This document shows positions 62,276 through 64,000 of a DNA stretch of 64,000 nt, piece by piece (position 1 is the first letter of the stretch; each line of letters starts with the position of its first letter). Source of the stretch: the human T2T-CHM13v2.0 reference genome, Homo sapiens. The notes beneath the pieces are model-generated. The model ran no database searches. It was not told the DNA's origin and saw only the letters and a list, made by a program, of their open reading frames with translations. The stretch lies in NCBI RefSeq assembly GCF_009914755.1, contig NC_060938.1, one strand, 5' to 3'. Made by a program: the position numbers and the translations under genes.

Positions 62276-62780
62276 CTCTCGATTGAAAAGTAAGCAGGTG
62301 CTGCCTAGCAAAAAATATAATAGACAGTGGCCACTCCATTGCCATTTAACCTAGCCCAAACAGAAACATGGTTTGCTTTTGAAAAAGTCTCTGTCTGACT
62401 TGCACTGAAGTTGCTAAAAGATTCCCCTCCTTTTCTCTGCTGAAGTTTTCTGTGGTGAAATGAGAGATGCACTCTTATTTTTAGTTTTCAGTCTCTCAGT
62501 TCCTCAAGATTGGGGAACATGTTGCACTCTATGCACTCGTTGCATGGCTGCTCACCCACTATGCCTGTAAAATAAAGATCTGCCATACAGCAGAGACGAA
62601 CCACAATGATCACCATCAGTGCACACTCTCTTCTATTGGTCCCACCAGATGGTTGCTCATCAGTATTTGTGGTTTTTCATTAGTGTTCACATTTGTAGAC
62701 GAAGAATTATTGCTTGTTGATGAGAATTTATTACTAATGAGTAAATGCTGATCTACAGATGGTACTAGAATTCTGGTTAA

Positions 62781-63313
<533 letters not shown>

Positions 63314-64000
63314 AGAATATATTTAACTAGAAAAAAAGAAGCAATGAGATTAGAATTATAAATAGAATACACATTCAGTAATCATAGAGGGAAGAACTTG
63401 ATCTAGGAAGGTAATAGCTGGACAGAAGGAATTTCAGATGTGAGTATGGATTTTAGAGCTAAGACGTATCTTCCAGACTGGGGAAAGCTAGAACCCACTG
63501 TGACTCTATGTGTTTAATTACATATTGAGCGCTTCTTATAAAATGATAAATAGCTTGCGCATGTACCCATACATCTGCAACATACCCCAGCACATATATG
63601 TGCACATGTGCAGTCACACACACACACACAGGCAGAGTTCACCTGACACCACCCTCCGTTTATAGCTGGAGGCGTCACCATTCCCATAAGAACCCCTTAT
63701 GGGAAATGTGAAGGTTTTCAAGTATGAATCTGAAAAAGTTTAGAGGATTGTAATGTTTAATCTTGAGACATTTGTTTTTCTGGGGCTGCTTGTACCAGTG
63801 AGCAATTATCAAAACAAGGATTAGCTAAAATCCAGCTTTTGCCAGTTCAGGAAAATCTGTGGGTCAAAGGGAGGAGTTTTTGAAAATCATAAACACATTT
63901 TGAGGGATTAAGCAATTCATTAACAATGTGCCTCTCTGTGGGACCTGCCCTGTTCCTCCCTATTCCAATATTCTTTGCTCCCAAACTCTTACTCTGTCTT

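Overview
Primate (very probably human) intronic or intergenic DNA, AT-rich and dense in repeats. I see no intact protein-coding gene, rRNA, tRNA or CRISPR array. The only recognisable gene-derived sequence is a full-length, disabled processed pseudogene of aldose reductase AKR1B1 on the minus strand (~21979-23330), with UTRs, poly(A) remnant and a degenerate TSD. The rest is about 35 Alu elements or fragments, old L1, L2 and MIR pieces, solo LTRs (MER4-group, LTR37-like, MER21, MLT/MST) and DNA-transposon relics (MER20, MER5, MER58, MER117, MER44, MER33). Repeat subfamily names are from memory of consensus sequences and need RepeatMasker/Dfam confirmation. I found no convincing new biological system. 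The most unusual structure is a pair of interleaved inverted duplications at 44409-45826 (A-B...A'-B', ~94-95% identical) that looks like a reciprocal templated copy event inside a MER21 LTR. Next are a direct duplication across an LTR/flank junction (5187-5409 vs 6794-7021) and several small template-switch scars.
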